Positions 10,176 through 19,903 of a stretch of DNA of 64,000 nucleotides are shown here, piece by piece (the stretch's first letter is position 1; each line of letters opens with the position of its first letter). Below the pieces are notes generated by a model that searched no databases, had not been told where the DNA came from, and worked only from the letters and a program-made list of their open reading frames with translations. The translations under genes were made by a program, and so were the position numbers. The DNA is from Planctomycetota bacterium. Lineage in GTDB: Bacteria; Planctomycetota; UBA1135; UBA2386. The stretch is from contig OZ245838.1 in the NCBI GenBank assembly GCA_965228735.1, positions 448,001 through 512,000 on the forward strand, in the 5' to 3' direction.

Positions 10176-11585
10176 TCAGGGCTGAATCGTCAGCGTCAGC
10201 GCGTGGCTCGCGCGCACGCCGAACTGGCCGCAGCCGCCGGTGTCGAGCCAGGCGCTTTGCACCGCGAACGACTGCCCGGCGGCGATGTTGGCGAGCGACA
10301 CCGGCAACATGGCGTGGCCGTTGGCGTCGGCGACGAGGCCGGCCGTGGCGGCGAAGGGCGACGGCAACCAGATCGACAGGTCGAGCACCGTGCTCGGCGC
10401 AGTCGCCGGGGCGTAGGCCAGCCACATCACGCCGAGGCTGCCCGCCGGCGCGTGGTCGGTGCGCAGGCCGAACCCGGTGAGGCCGACGCGCGGCCAGGTC
10501 GTGGCATTGAGCCAGGTGTCGGCGGCGCACGCCGGCGAACCCGTGCCGTGGCAGGCCGTGCCGACCGGCGGCAGCGCGGCGTCGGCGACGGCGACGATGC
10601 GCTCGAAGTACGGCCAGGTCAGCTGGCCGTTGCTGGCGACGACGAACACGCCGGTGACTTCACGCGCCCGATCGATCCAACCGCAGAAACCCCAGAACCC
10701 GGGGCTGCTGACGTGCGTCGCTCGACCGGCCGAGTCCTGCTGGTCGACCCACAGCCCGATGCCGTAGGGCGCGCCCTGCGGGTTGGGCGAGAACGTGATC
10801 GGCAGGTGGCTGGTCTGGTCCGTCATCATCTCCTCGACCGCGGCCTCGCTGAGGATGCGCACGTTGTTGTGGATCCCGCCGTTTCGCAGCGTCTCGAAGA
10901 AGATGCTGTAGTCGCGCAGACTGCTGACGGCGCCGCCCGAGATGCGCGGGTTGTTGGTCATCCCGTGCGCCGTGTAGGACGTGTCGGTGAGGCCGAGCGG
11001 GGTCGCGACGCGCTGGTCGAACAGCTGGGCCCACGGTTGGCCAGCGACGACCTCGCACACGGCGCCGGCCACGTGCATTCCGACGCTGCCGTACGAGAAG
11101 CGCGTGCCCGGCGTGAACTGCTGCGCTTCGTTGGCGATGTTCTGCGCCGCGGTCCGCAGGTTGATCGAGTGGTTGCTGACCCACTGCGACGAGTTCGGCA
11201 GGCCGGACGTGTGCGCGAAGCACATCCGTAACGTGATCGTGTCGAGCGGCGGCGTCGAGTACTCGGGCAGATACATCGCGACCGGATCGTCGAGGGCCAG
11301 CAGCTGCTGGTCGACGAGCGACATCAGTACCGTTGCCGACATCGGTTTGGTGGCCGACGCCATGGCGACGACCTGCTGCAGGCTGTACGAGCCGAACGAC
11401 TGGCGGTAGAGGTTCTGGCCGTGCTGGTTGATCTCCAGGTTGGCGCCTAGCGTGCCGGGCACGGCGGCCATCACCTGCTGCACGATGTTGGTCACCTCGT
11501 TGAGGCCGTGGCAGGTCGGCCCCTGGGCGATGGCGGCGGCGGAGAACAGAATGGCGGCGGTCTGGCAGGTGCGCGCGTGCGGCAT
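10176..11585 (-). CDS. Secreted serine hydrolase (beta-lactamase/AmpC-like) with C-terminal appended domain
   Basis: SxxK (ASATK), LDDPV..YLP, HTSGLP and PGTRFSYG motifs. GAGGA RBS before the ATG. Confidence 0.88.
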   Translation of the reverse strand: MPHARTCQTAAILFSAAAIAQGPTCHGLNEVTNIVQQVMAAVPGTLGANLEINQHGQNLYRQSFGSYSLQQVVAMASATKPMSATVLMSLVDQQLLALDDPVAMYLPEYSTPPLDTITLRMCFAHTSGLPNSSQWVSNHSINLRTAAQNIANEAQQFTPGTRFSYGSVGMHVAGAVCEVVAGQPWAQLFDQRVATPLGLTDTSYTAHGMTNNPRISGGAVSSLRDYSIFFETLRNGGIHNNVRILSEAAVEEMMTDQTSHLPITFSPNPQGAPYGIGLWVDQQDSAGRATHVSSPGFWGFCGWIDRAREVTGVFVVASNGQLTWPYFERIVAVADAALPPVGTACHGTGSPACAADTWLNATTWPRVGLTGFGLRTDHAPAGSLGVMWLAYAPATAPSTVLDLSIWLPSPFAATAGLVADANGHAMLPVSLANIAAGQSFAVQSAWLDTGGCGQFGVRASHALTLTIQP

Positions 11586-11640
11586 GACGGTTTCCTCGTG
11601 AGTGGGTGGACCGGCGCATGCTGCGACCGAAGCGCGACGA

Positions 11641-11660
11641 CGTCTTGGCCGGAGTTGACC
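11641..11660 (-). promoter_or_regulatory. Candidate AraC-family binding site GGTCA-N6-GCCAAGACG
   Basis: Matches the copy at 12580-12599 and lies upstream of the serine hydrolase. Confidence 0.55.
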
Positions 11661-11740
11661 CGTCGGGCGCGGTTTTCCGGTTTGGCTGTCATGTCGGCGG
11701 CCGGTCACGCGACCGTGGGGGAGCCGCCCGTGCCCGCCCG

Positions 11741-12565
11741 ATGAGCTACCATCGCCTCGCTCCCCGCCGTCCCGTCGATCGGATCGTCGACCACTATTGG
11801 TTGTTCGAGAACGAGACCATGACCGCGGCGCATGGCCAGCTGTTCGCCGATGGCGCGGCCGACCTGATGTTCGATCTCGGCGAGCCAGTGCTGCTGCACC
11901 AGCACGGCCGGATCTCGCGTTGGGCCGGAGCCTGGGTGTCGGGTCAGCGCACGGCTCCGATCGGGGTCGAACTCATCGAGCGGCAGGTCACGATGGCCGG
12001 CGTGCGGCTGCGGCCCGGCGGGCTCGCAGCGCTGCTCGGCGCGCCGGCCAGCGAAGCCGTGGATGCCATCGTCGAGCTGCGCGAGTTCTGGCGCGGCTTC
12101 GCCGGCGAGGCGCTGGATCGGCTTGCGACCGCGCGCGGGCCGCGGGCGCGACTCGCGGCGCTCGCGGCGGTCGTCGAACGCCGGTTCGGGGTGTCCGCGG
12201 CGGTGGCGCCGCCGCCGTCGCTCGCGGGCGCGCTCCTCATGATCAAGAACGAGCCCAGGGCGGTGTCGGTGCGTGCGCTGCACGAACGCCTCGGCATCAG
12301 CCACAAGCACCTGACCCGGCTGTTCCATCGCCACGTCGGCCTGACGCCGAAGGTCTACCAGCGGATCTGTCGCTTCCGTGACCTGTTCGATCGACTGGCC
12401 GTCGAGCGCGGCCCGCTCAACTGGGCCGGGCTCGCCCTCGAGTGCGGCTATACCGACCAGGCGCACCTGTGCACCGAGTTCCGCGCCTTCACCGGTCTGA
12501 CGCCGACGCGCTACCGCCGGCCGCCGGTGCCGTTGCCGGAGTACCTGCCCCAGCCGGTGGTCTGA
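11741..12565 (+). CDS. AraC family transcriptional regulator (DUF6597-type N-terminus)
   Basis: FADGAADLMF and GVRLRPGG N-terminal motifs; C-terminal double HTH (ALECGYTDQAHLCTEFRAFTGLTP). Confidence 0.92.
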   Translation: MSYHRLAPRRPVDRIVDHYWLFENETMTAAHGQLFADGAADLMFDLGEPVLLHQHGRISRWAGAWVSGQRTAPIGVELIERQVTMAGVRLRPGGLAALLGAPASEAVDAIVELREFWRGFAGEALDRLATARGPRARLAALAAVVERRFGVSAAVAPPPSLAGALLMIKNEPRAVSVRALHERLGISHKHLTRLFHRHVGLTPKVYQRICRFRDLFDRLAVERGPLNWAGLALECGYTDQAHLCTEFRAFTGLTPTRYRRPPVPLPEYLPQPVV

Positions 12566-12579
12566 GGACCTTCGCCCGA

Positions 12580-12599
12580 GGTCAGGTTTCGCCAAGACG
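12580..12599 (+). promoter_or_regulatory. Candidate AraC-family binding site GGTCA-N6-GCCAAGACG
   Basis: Matches the copy at 11641-11660 and lies upstream of the 12630 operon. Confidence 0.55.
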
Positions 12600-12629
12600 G
12601 TTGCCGCGTCGGTCGCCAACCTCGGCGCC

Positions 12630-13112
12630 ATGTCACCCGTCGTTGCCATCGCGTTCCCGATCACCTTGTTGGTCGCCGCCGCCTCCGGTCAGTGTGCGTT
12701 CCAGACCGTTGCCGTCCAGAGTCACGGCGCGGGCTGCAACGAGGTCGTGCCCGTCGTGCCGCAACTCGCGGCCGCGCTCGACGCCGGCAGCTGCACGCTG
12801 TCGTTGCGGGTCGATGCCGACCCCGGTTGCTGCAACTCGTCGGTGCAGGCCTACGCGCTCGTCGTGGGCAGCCAGCCGGCGAACCTGCCGCTCCCGCTGT
12901 CGGCGCCGGCGTGCCGATTGCTGGTGCAGCCCGACCTGTTCGTCGCGCAGGCCGGCCCGAACGCGAACGCGTTCCACTTCGCGCTTCCGCCCGCCATGCC
13001 GCCGGTGACCTTCCTCGTGCAGGGCAGCGCGCTCTATCGGTCGACGGTGACCTGGCCTTCGACGGCGTTCCGTGTCGGCCTGACGCCGGGCTACACCGTC
13101 ACGCTGCACTGA
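12630..13112 (+). CDS. Small secreted protein made of the recurrent C-terminal-type domain alone
   Basis: Signal peptide, then HGAGC...CRLLVQPD...FLVQG...GLTPGYTVTLH. Confidence 0.7.
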   Translation: MSPVVAIAFPITLLVAAASGQCAFQTVAVQSHGAGCNEVVPVVPQLAAALDAGSCTLSLRVDADPGCCNSSVQAYALVVGSQPANLPLPLSAPACRLLVQPDLFVAQAGPNANAFHFALPPAMPPVTFLVQGSALYRSTVTWPSTAFRVGLTPGYTVTLH

Positions 13113-13726
13113 TGCGCGCGGCCCTCGTGTGGGCGGCGGTGCTGGCGCTCGCCGTCACGCTGTTGCGCCTCTGCGGTGAACTCGCCGGCTGGGATGCGGC
13201 GGTGTTCGACCGCCGACCCGGCGGCGGTCGGTCGTGGCTCGGCATCACCTGGCTCGTGATCCCGGTCGGCTTCTGGCTCGGTCGTCTGCTGGCGAAGGCC
13301 GGTCAACGGCCCAGCTCGGTGCCGCGGTCGGCGGCCGTGCACCTCGGCGGAATCAGTCTGCTGATCGCGTTGTTCGTCGGCGCGTTCGCCGTCACGTCGA
13401 GCTGGCCGCTGCGCAGCGTCCTCGTCAACGGCGGCGCGGTGCTCTGCGGCCTGCTGGCGCTGTGGTCGTGGCCGCGAGGCTTCGCGGTCCTGTTCGCATA
13501 CGGATTGCTGAGCCGATTGCCCGTCGTCGTCGTGCAGTTCGTCGCGATCGCTCGTGGCTGGGACACCCACTTCGCGAAGGGGCCGCCGGGCTCGGACCCG
13601 GCGGATGCGTGGTGGATGCTGACGTTGGCGCAGCTCGTGCTCTGGCCGTTTGCCTACACGACGCTGGTCGGCGGTTTCTGTGCGGTCATCGGCGCGCTGA
13701 CGGTGCGGCGCGCGGTCGGTTCTTGA
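13112..13726 (+). CDS. Hypothetical integral membrane protein
   Basis: About 6 hydrophobic segments. TGATG translational coupling to the upstream gene. Confidence 0.75.
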   Translation: MRAALVWAAVLALAVTLLRLCGELAGWDAAVFDRRPGGGRSWLGITWLVIPVGFWLGRLLAKAGQRPSSVPRSAAVHLGGISLLIALFVGAFAVTSSWPLRSVLVNGGAVLCGLLALWSWPRGFAVLFAYGLLSRLPVVVVQFVAIARGWDTHFAKGPPGSDPADAWWMLTLAQLVLWPFAYTTLVGGFCAVIGALTVRRAVGS

Positions 13727-13798
13727 CGCTGCCTCCGCGCAGACGCGCGGGAGGCCGCGGAGCGCGCATGGCCGATGGCGGTGTGGTAGGAACGTGCC

Positions 13799-14710
13799 AT
13801 GCCTGACGTGACGCTGCGCCCGATGGAGCCGGCCGACCAACCCGCGGTCGCCGAGTTGATCCTGCGCTCGACGAACGCCTGGTACGAGGCCCACGGCAAG
13901 TCGCCGGTGTTCTCTTGCCGGCCAACCGACGTCGAGGTGTTCTGTCGCGTCTACGAAGCGCTGGACCCGGGCTGCTGCGTGCTCGCCGAACTCGATGGCA
14001 ACCTCGCGGGTTCGTGCTTCTGGCACCCGCGCGAAACCCACGTCGCGCTCGGCATCATGAACACCGCGCCGGAGGCGGCTGGCCGCGGCATCGCCGTGCG
14101 GTTGCTCGACCATGTCATCGCGCGCGCCGACGAACGCGGTTTGCCGGTGCGGCTGGTGTCGAGCGCGCAGAACCTGGACTCGTTCTCGCTCTACAACCGG
14201 CGCGGTTTCCGGCCGTACGCCGTGCACCAGGACATGGCCATCGCGGTCCCCGAAGGCGGCGTCGCCGTGCCCGCGGGCGTGCGCCCGGCGACGCTGGCCG
14301 ACGTGCCGGCCATGGTCGAACTCGAACGCGACATCAGCGGGATCGAACGCCGCCGGGACTTCGAGATGTTCGTGCAGAACACGGAAGGGATCTGGCACGT
14401 GTCGGTCGCCGAGGGTGATGGCGGCCGCCTGAACGGTTTCCTCGCGTCGGTGCGCCACCCGGCCAGCGCGATGCTCGGCCCGGGTGTCGCGCGCGATGAT
14501 GCAACGGCGCTGGCGTTGATCCGGGCCGAGCTCGATGCGCACCGAGGCGGAACGCCGATCGTCCTGCCGCCCAGCGATCGGCCCGCGCTGCTCGCGAAGC
14601 TGTATGCGCTCGGCGGTCGCAACGTCGAGCTGCACGTGGCGCAGGCGCTCGGTGAAGTCGCTCGGCCGCGCGGTGTCGTGCTGCCGACGTTCCTGCCGGA
14701 GACGGGCTGA
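13799..14710 (+). CDS. GNAT family N-acetyltransferase
   Basis: APEAAGRGIAVRLL acetyl-CoA binding motif and SLYNRRGF. Confidence 0.85.
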   Translation: MPDVTLRPMEPADQPAVAELILRSTNAWYEAHGKSPVFSCRPTDVEVFCRVYEALDPGCCVLAELDGNLAGSCFWHPRETHVALGIMNTAPEAAGRGIAVRLLDHVIARADERGLPVRLVSSAQNLDSFSLYNRRGFRPYAVHQDMAIAVPEGGVAVPAGVRPATLADVPAMVELERDISGIERRRDFEMFVQNTEGIWHVSVAEGDGGRLNGFLASVRHPASAMLGPGVARDDATALALIRAELDAHRGGTPIVLPPSDRPALLAKLYALGGRNVELHVAQALGEVARPRGVVLPTFLPETG

Positions 14711-14817
14711 TCGGCGGGCGTTGGCGGCGGCACTTCCGGCCGCCGTCGAGCCGCGGCGACCTCGGCCGCGCGCTGGGCTAGTCGGCATTGACCCCCTCCG
14801 AATCCCAAGGATCTTGC

Positions 14818-16986
14818 ATGTCGCTTCTCCATCGCGCGAACGCCGTCTCCGGTCTCGTCCTGCTCGTCAGCGTGACCGCCGTCCCGTCCCTGGCCCAGAA
14901 CTGGGTGGCCGTCACGAACAGCGTCGAGGTCAGCGACGTACCGTGCGCCTACGACAGCCATCGCGACCGGGTGGTCGCGGTCGACGCGGCGCGCGGTCGC
15001 GCGTTCGAGCACGACGGTGAGCGCTGGCTCGCGATCGGCTCGCTGCCGACCGTCTTCGGCACGCCGGTCGCCGTCGCCTACCAGGAACACAGCGGCCGCA
15101 CGCTCGCGCTCGTCCCGGGCGCCGGTTCCGGGTTCCTGACCTACGAGTACGACGGGCACTCGTTCACGCAGCGGTTGCCCGCGCTCGCGCCGCCGGTGCG
15201 GCAGTACACCCAGCTGGCGTACGACGCCGCCCGAGACGTCGTCGTGCTGTTCGGTGGCGGCGACACGAGCCCGCCCGCGAGCTACGGCGACACGTGGGAA
15301 TGGAACGGCGTCGATTGGACGCAGCGTCAGCCGGCAACGAGCCCGCCGCCGCGCCAGAACGCGGCGATGGCCTACGATCCGGGGCGCGGACGCGTCGTGT
15401 TGTTCGGCGGGGTCGACGGCACGACGACGCTCGGTGACCACTGGGAGTGGGACGGCGTCAACTGGACGCAGCCCGCGGTCGGCACCCTGCCGACGGCGCG
15501 GCGCCGCGCGCAGCTCGCGTACGACGCGGGCCGCAGTCGCATGGTGCTCTACGGCGGCGTCGGGCCGCAGAACGGGCTGCCGTTCTTCGATCCACAGCCG
15601 TGGGAGTTCGACGGCCAGCAGTGGACGCAGCAGGCGATCGCCAACCCGCCCGAGGGGCGGTCGCATCACGCGATGGTCGCGGTGCCCGGCGGCGTCCGGA
15701 TCTTCGGCGGCTTGCTCAATCCGTTCCAGCCGGCGACGTACAAGCCGCTCGACATCCTGGACTACGACGGCGTGGCGTTCGCGCGGCGCGGTGGCAGCAG
15801 CACGGTCGACGTGCACCTGGCATACGACGCCGGGCGCGGCCGCACGGTGGCGCTGACGCGCGAGCTGCCCGGCTCGCGCCCGCCCCGCACGTTGGAGTGG
15901 GACGGCTTCGCGCTCGTCGAGGTGCCGGTCGCCGGTCCGAGCGTCGGCGTCACCGGCTTCGCGCTCTCGGCCGGCCTCGGCGGGCCCGGCGGCGGGGTCA
16001 TCGGCGTCGCCGACAACGGCAGCACCTGGACCTTCGCCGGCACGCAGTGGACGCAGCTCGCGGTGGCCGGGCCGTCGCCGCGCGGCTACGCGGCGCTCGC
16101 GACCGACACGGCCCGCGGCGTCGTCGTGCTGTTCGGCGGCGCCGATTCGGCCGGTGAGCGCGACGACACCTGGGAGTGGAACGGGGCGAGCTGGACCAAC
16201 GTGCCGGTCGCCGGCCCGTCGCCTCGCGCCGCCGCGAGCGCCGCGTTCGAACCCACGGCCGGTCGCGTCGTGCTCTACGGCGGCGGTTCGGGACAGTCGT
16301 TCCTGTCCGATACCTGGGCCTACACCGTGGCCGGCTGGACGCAGATCGACAGCGGCAGCCTGCCGGCCGAGTTCGGTCAACTCGCCTGGTCGCCGGAGCG
16401 CCAACGCGTGGTGCTCGCGCGCACGACGAACGGCGGCTTCGGCCCTCAGGCGACCTTCGAGCTCGTCGGCAACGCGTGGTCGCCGCTGCTCCCGCCGGAA
16501 CCCGGGCGCGAGCTCCTGCGCCTCGCCACCGACCCGAACGGGCACGTCGTCGGATTCGGCGGCCCGGACCCGCTCGACGTCGCGTTGCTCACCGGTTCTC
16601 CGGCAGTGATCGCGCTCGCCGGCTCGGGCTGCTCCGCGCAGCCGGTCGCGCCGCGCCTCGCGCTGCACGACCGCGCCCGCCCGGGCAACGTGCTGCGCTG
16701 CGAGCTCATCGGCGCGGAGCCGAACGCGATCGCACTGTTCGCGGGCAGCCACGCGTTCGCGACGAGCGCGATCGGCCCGTGCCTGCTGCACCTGCAGCAG
16801 CCGGCAGTGCTCGCGGTCACCGGAACCAACGCGGTGGGGCAGGCGACGCTGCCGATCGGCGTGCCCGCGGTCGCAGCGCTGGTCGGCGTGCCGATTGGCC
16901 TGCAGGTCGCGGCGGCCGAGACCGGCGGTCCGATCGGTGGTGCGCTCGCGCTCAGCGACGCGCTCCGCATCGTGATCGGTGACTGA
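14818..16986 (+). CDS. Secreted Kelch-like beta-propeller repeat protein with C-terminal appended domain
   Basis: Repeated AYDxxRxxVVLFGG...DTWEWDGxxW units and a signal peptide. Confidence 0.85.
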   Translation: MSLLHRANAVSGLVLLVSVTAVPSLAQNWVAVTNSVEVSDVPCAYDSHRDRVVAVDAARGRAFEHDGERWLAIGSLPTVFGTPVAVAYQEHSGRTLALVPGAGSGFLTYEYDGHSFTQRLPALAPPVRQYTQLAYDAARDVVVLFGGGDTSPPASYGDTWEWNGVDWTQRQPATSPPPRQNAAMAYDPGRGRVVLFGGVDGTTTLGDHWEWDGVNWTQPAVGTLPTARRRAQLAYDAGRSRMVLYGGVGPQNGLPFFDPQPWEFDGQQWTQQAIANPPEGRSHHAMVAVPGGVRIFGGLLNPFQPATYKPLDILDYDGVAFARRGGSSTVDVHLAYDAGRGRTVALTRELPGSRPPRTLEWDGFALVEVPVAGPSVGVTGFALSAGLGGPGGGVIGVADNGSTWTFAGTQWTQLAVAGPSPRGYAALATDTARGVVVLFGGADSAGERDDTWEWNGASWTNVPVAGPSPRAAASAAFEPTAGRVVLYGGGSGQSFLSDTWAYTVAGWTQIDSGSLPAEFGQLAWSPERQRVVLARTTNGGFGPQATFELVGNAWSPLLPPEPGRELLRLATDPNGHVVGFGGPDPLDVALLTGSPAVIALAGSGCSAQPVAPRLALHDRARPGNVLRCELIGAEPNAIALFAGSHAFATSAIGPCLLHLQQPAVLAVTGTNAVGQATLPIGVPAVAALVGVPIGLQVAAAETGGPIGGALALSDALRIVIGD

Positions 16987-17228
16987 CTGCTCTGGCGGGA
17001 CCGGGAGTCAGGAAGCTGCCGAGCGTGGTTTCGGTGCGAGTCCCGGCGCTCGAACGAGGGCCTCGGTCCGCCAGGTCCTGCGCCGGCGATCGGTGCACGA
17101 GCGGCCGCCGCATGGGGCCGCCCGTCGGCGCCAGCGCCGCCGCGGGCGCCGGTTTTCTCGATTTCGTCGATGGGGCCCATGCCCAAACGGTGATGAGCGA
17201 GGTGAACCCGAAACCTCACCGCAAGACC

Positions 17229-18218
17229 ATGCTCACCGACCTGATCACTCTCACGGCTCTCTCGCTCGCCCCCCAGGGGCCTGCCACCACGTTCGTCGAC
17301 ACGACGTTCGACAACGCCACATGGACCACGTCCTACGTCGTCATCGGCCCCGGTATCACGAGCACGGGCAGCGGCGCCCAGGTCCAGAACGGCAACCCCG
17401 CGCCGGCCTGGCGCTCGACCCACACGTTCGTCGCCGGCGCCGGCTCGACGACGGTCTGGGCGATCCACATGAGCAGCGCCGCGGTCTACGACCCCGCGAC
17501 CGACGCGATTGCGCACGTCGACTTCTCGATCGACTACCAGACGAACGTCAACACCGGCGTCCAGCCGGCGCTCACGCAGGGCTCGCGCCACTACGTCTCC
17601 CTGACCGGCGCCTGGTTGACGGGCGGCACGGCTGGGGTCTGGGTGACCCGCGGAACCCAGCCCCTGGTGGAACACGACTACGTCGAGCTGCTGCCGAACG
17701 GCAACTACGCGCAGAACAACCACCCCGACTTCACGACCGGCGGCTCGCCGATCCAGTTCGGTTTCGTCACCGGCAACTCGACCGCCACGACGGCCACGTA
17801 CGAGGCCGACTGGGACAACTTCCGCATCGGCCTCAACGGCGTGGCCGCGACCACCGCGGTGCGCCTCGGATCGCCACCGAACCCCGACGCTCTGCGCCCG
17901 ACGTCGGGCCACGGCCCCGTCCTCGGCACGACCTGGGGACCGGTCGTCGACCACACCACGTTCCTGCCCAACGCGACGCTCGACTTCCTCGCGTTCGGTT
18001 TCTTCCCGGCCAGCACCCCGACGCCGCACGGCGTGCTGCTCTGCAGCCCGATCGCCAACGGCTACGGCCTGACCGCGGGTCAGCCGTTCCAGTTCCCGAT
18101 CCCCAACGACTCGAGCTTCCTCGGCATGCCGTTCTGCCTGCAGGCCGGCTCGATCGACCCGGGGCAAGGCGTGTTCGCGCTGACGAACGCGCTCGATGCC
18201 ACGATCGGGACGTACTGA
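17229..18218 (+). CDS. Hypothetical secreted protein with C-terminal appended domain
   Basis: Strong coding bias, signal-like N-terminus, and PIPND..LG..FCLQAG..D..LTNALD C-terminus. Confidence 0.7.
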   Translation: MLTDLITLTALSLAPQGPATTFVDTTFDNATWTTSYVVIGPGITSTGSGAQVQNGNPAPAWRSTHTFVAGAGSTTVWAIHMSSAAVYDPATDAIAHVDFSIDYQTNVNTGVQPALTQGSRHYVSLTGAWLTGGTAGVWVTRGTQPLVEHDYVELLPNGNYAQNNHPDFTTGGSPIQFGFVTGNSTATTATYEADWDNFRIGLNGVAATTAVRLGSPPNPDALRPTSGHGPVLGTTWGPVVDHTTFLPNATLDFLAFGFFPASTPTPHGVLLCSPIANGYGLTAGQPFQFPIPNDSSFLGMPFCLQAGSIDPGQGVFALTNALDATIGTY

Positions 18219-18274
18219 GCGCTCCGACGCCACAGCGGCGGTCGCCACGCGCGCGGGCGGCCGTCGAACGAGGC

Positions 18275-19048
18275 TCATCGTTCGCCGATCAGGCGCTCGA
18301 CGGCTTCGATGCGCCCGGTGATGCGCTCGACTCGGGTTGCCGAGTCCAGCTGCCCCGCGGCCGCGGCCTTGCGGAACATCGCGTTCGCTGACCGCAGGTG
18401 CTGCAGCGCTGCGGCCAGATCCGCGCGCACGCCATCCGACCGTGGGTCGGCGCCGGCATCGATCGCGGCTTCGGCGCGCTCCTGGTGCGCCCAACCGAGG
18501 TCGTAGACCAGCGTCGTTCGAAACCGCGGGAGGTTGGCGTTGTCGGCATCGGCGTTGGCGAGCTCGTCGCAGAGCGCGAGGGTCCGGCGACATTCGGCGA
18601 TCGCATCGTCGAGTCGCGCCGCCTTGATCAGGATCTCGCAGAACGGCACGCCGCGCCGGAGCCGATCGAAGGCGACCAGCGCGTCATCCGGCGCGGCCGC
18701 GAGCCGTTCGTCCAGCCGCGCGATGTACGGCTCGAACGCCGCCGCCGCGCGCTCGAACTCCCCGAGCATGTAGAGCGCGAGCCCGACGTCCGCGCCGGCA
18801 CTCGCGAGCGCGAGCTGGGCACCGTCGTCCGCGGGATTGCGCTCGGCGCGCAGGCGGTGGTGGTCACGCACCGCCTCGAAGCCCGAGAGCGCGTCTTCGT
18901 GCCGCCCCTGGCTCCCGGCGATCGAAGCGCTCCGCGCGAGGGCGCGCAGGTACGACTTCTCGACCAACCGGTCCACCGGATCGTCGGGTGCAACGACGAG
19001 ATTCACGAGCAAGGCACCCAGAACGGAAACGGTCGGTCGCAGGATCAT
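18275..19048 (-). CDS. Hypothetical TPR-like helical protein
   Basis: Helical repeats resembling the TPR tails of planctomycete kinases. GAGGT RBS. Confidence 0.6.
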   Translation of the reverse strand: MILRPTVSVLGALLVNLVVAPDDPVDRLVEKSYLRALARSASIAGSQGRHEDALSGFEAVRDHHRLRAERNPADDGAQLALASAGADVGLALYMLGEFERAAAAFEPYIARLDERLAAAPDDALVAFDRLRRGVPFCEILIKAARLDDAIAECRRTLALCDELANADADNANLPRFRTTLVYDLGWAHQERAEAAIDAGADPRSDGVRADLAAALQHLRSANAMFRKAAAAGQLDSATRVERITGRIEAVERLIGER

Positions 19049-19306
19049 CGTTCACCTCGGTTGGAGTCACCGAGATCAGCGCCGCGCGCCCGCGTTCGTC
19101 ACGCCTATTGCAGCGATACGCGGAACAGCTCGAACCCAGACGCTCCGGTGGTGCCGCGCTGGGCTCTCCGGGCTCTCGAGCGCCGACCGTATTCGGCCGG
19201 CGAGAAACCGCGTTTTCTGCGAACGGTTGTTAGTCCGCCGAAGTGACCGCACCCCTCGCAGTGAGCTCCATCCGTTCCGGATGGCGCCACGACCCACGAG
19301 GGAATC

Positions 19307-19903
19307 TTGAAGTCACCTACCAGTCGCCTGCTGGTTGGCCTCCTGCCGGTGCTCGCATCGGCGGCGGCGGTCCAGCTCATCCCGTTCGAGGCCGGGGCCC
19401 ATGCGCCGCCGACCATCACCCGCCATTGCCGCGTGCACCTGCACATGCGGCGCCTGCCGCTGGCGCAACAGGTGGCTGCCGCCGATGTGATCGTGCGTGC
19501 GACGATCACCGGCGTCGAGAAGTTCGTCGATCCGTCGGACCACAAGGTTCGGCAGCGGATCACGGCTTGGATCGACGAGTCGATCGTCGGCGGTCGCAGC
19601 GGCGCGCTGACGTTCGAGTCGCTCGGTGGTCGCTGCGCCGACGTCTGGACCGACGTCGACTTCACGCCGACGTTCACCGTCGGTGACCGGTCGGTGCTGT
19701 TGCTCGACGAGACGCGGTATGGGCTGCGGCTCGTCGGGCGGTCGGATGGGGTCTACCCGATCTCGATCGACGCTGACGGCCGACCGGTCGTCCATGGCTG
19801 GAACGCCAACGGCATCGGGCTCGCTGAGTTCGAAGGCTCGATCCGCGCCGAGCGCGCGCAACCGAAGTCGCCGAACGACACGACCGAGGAGGGTGGACGA
19901 TGA
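19307..19903 (+). CDS. Hypothetical secreted protein, partner of the downstream protease
   Basis: Signal peptide, AADVIVRATI and PTFTVGDRSVLLL. ATGA overlap with the protease gene. Confidence 0.65.
   Translation: MKSPTSRLLVGLLPVLASAAAVQLIPFEAGAHAPPTITRHCRVHLHMRRLPLAQQVAAADVIVRATITGVEKFVDPSDHKVRQRITAWIDESIVGGRSGALTFESLGGRCADVWTDVDFTPTFTVGDRSVLLLDETRYGLRLVGRSDGVYPISIDADGRPVVHGWNANGIGLAEFEGSIRAERAQPKSPNDTTEEGGR

Noticed and set aside
14818..16500. Periodic tgggagtgg(g/a)acgg repeats (also 43707-45400) as a CRISPR array
   Set aside because: They are degenerate, in-frame codons for WEWDG propeller repeats. No cas genes or identical repeats are present.
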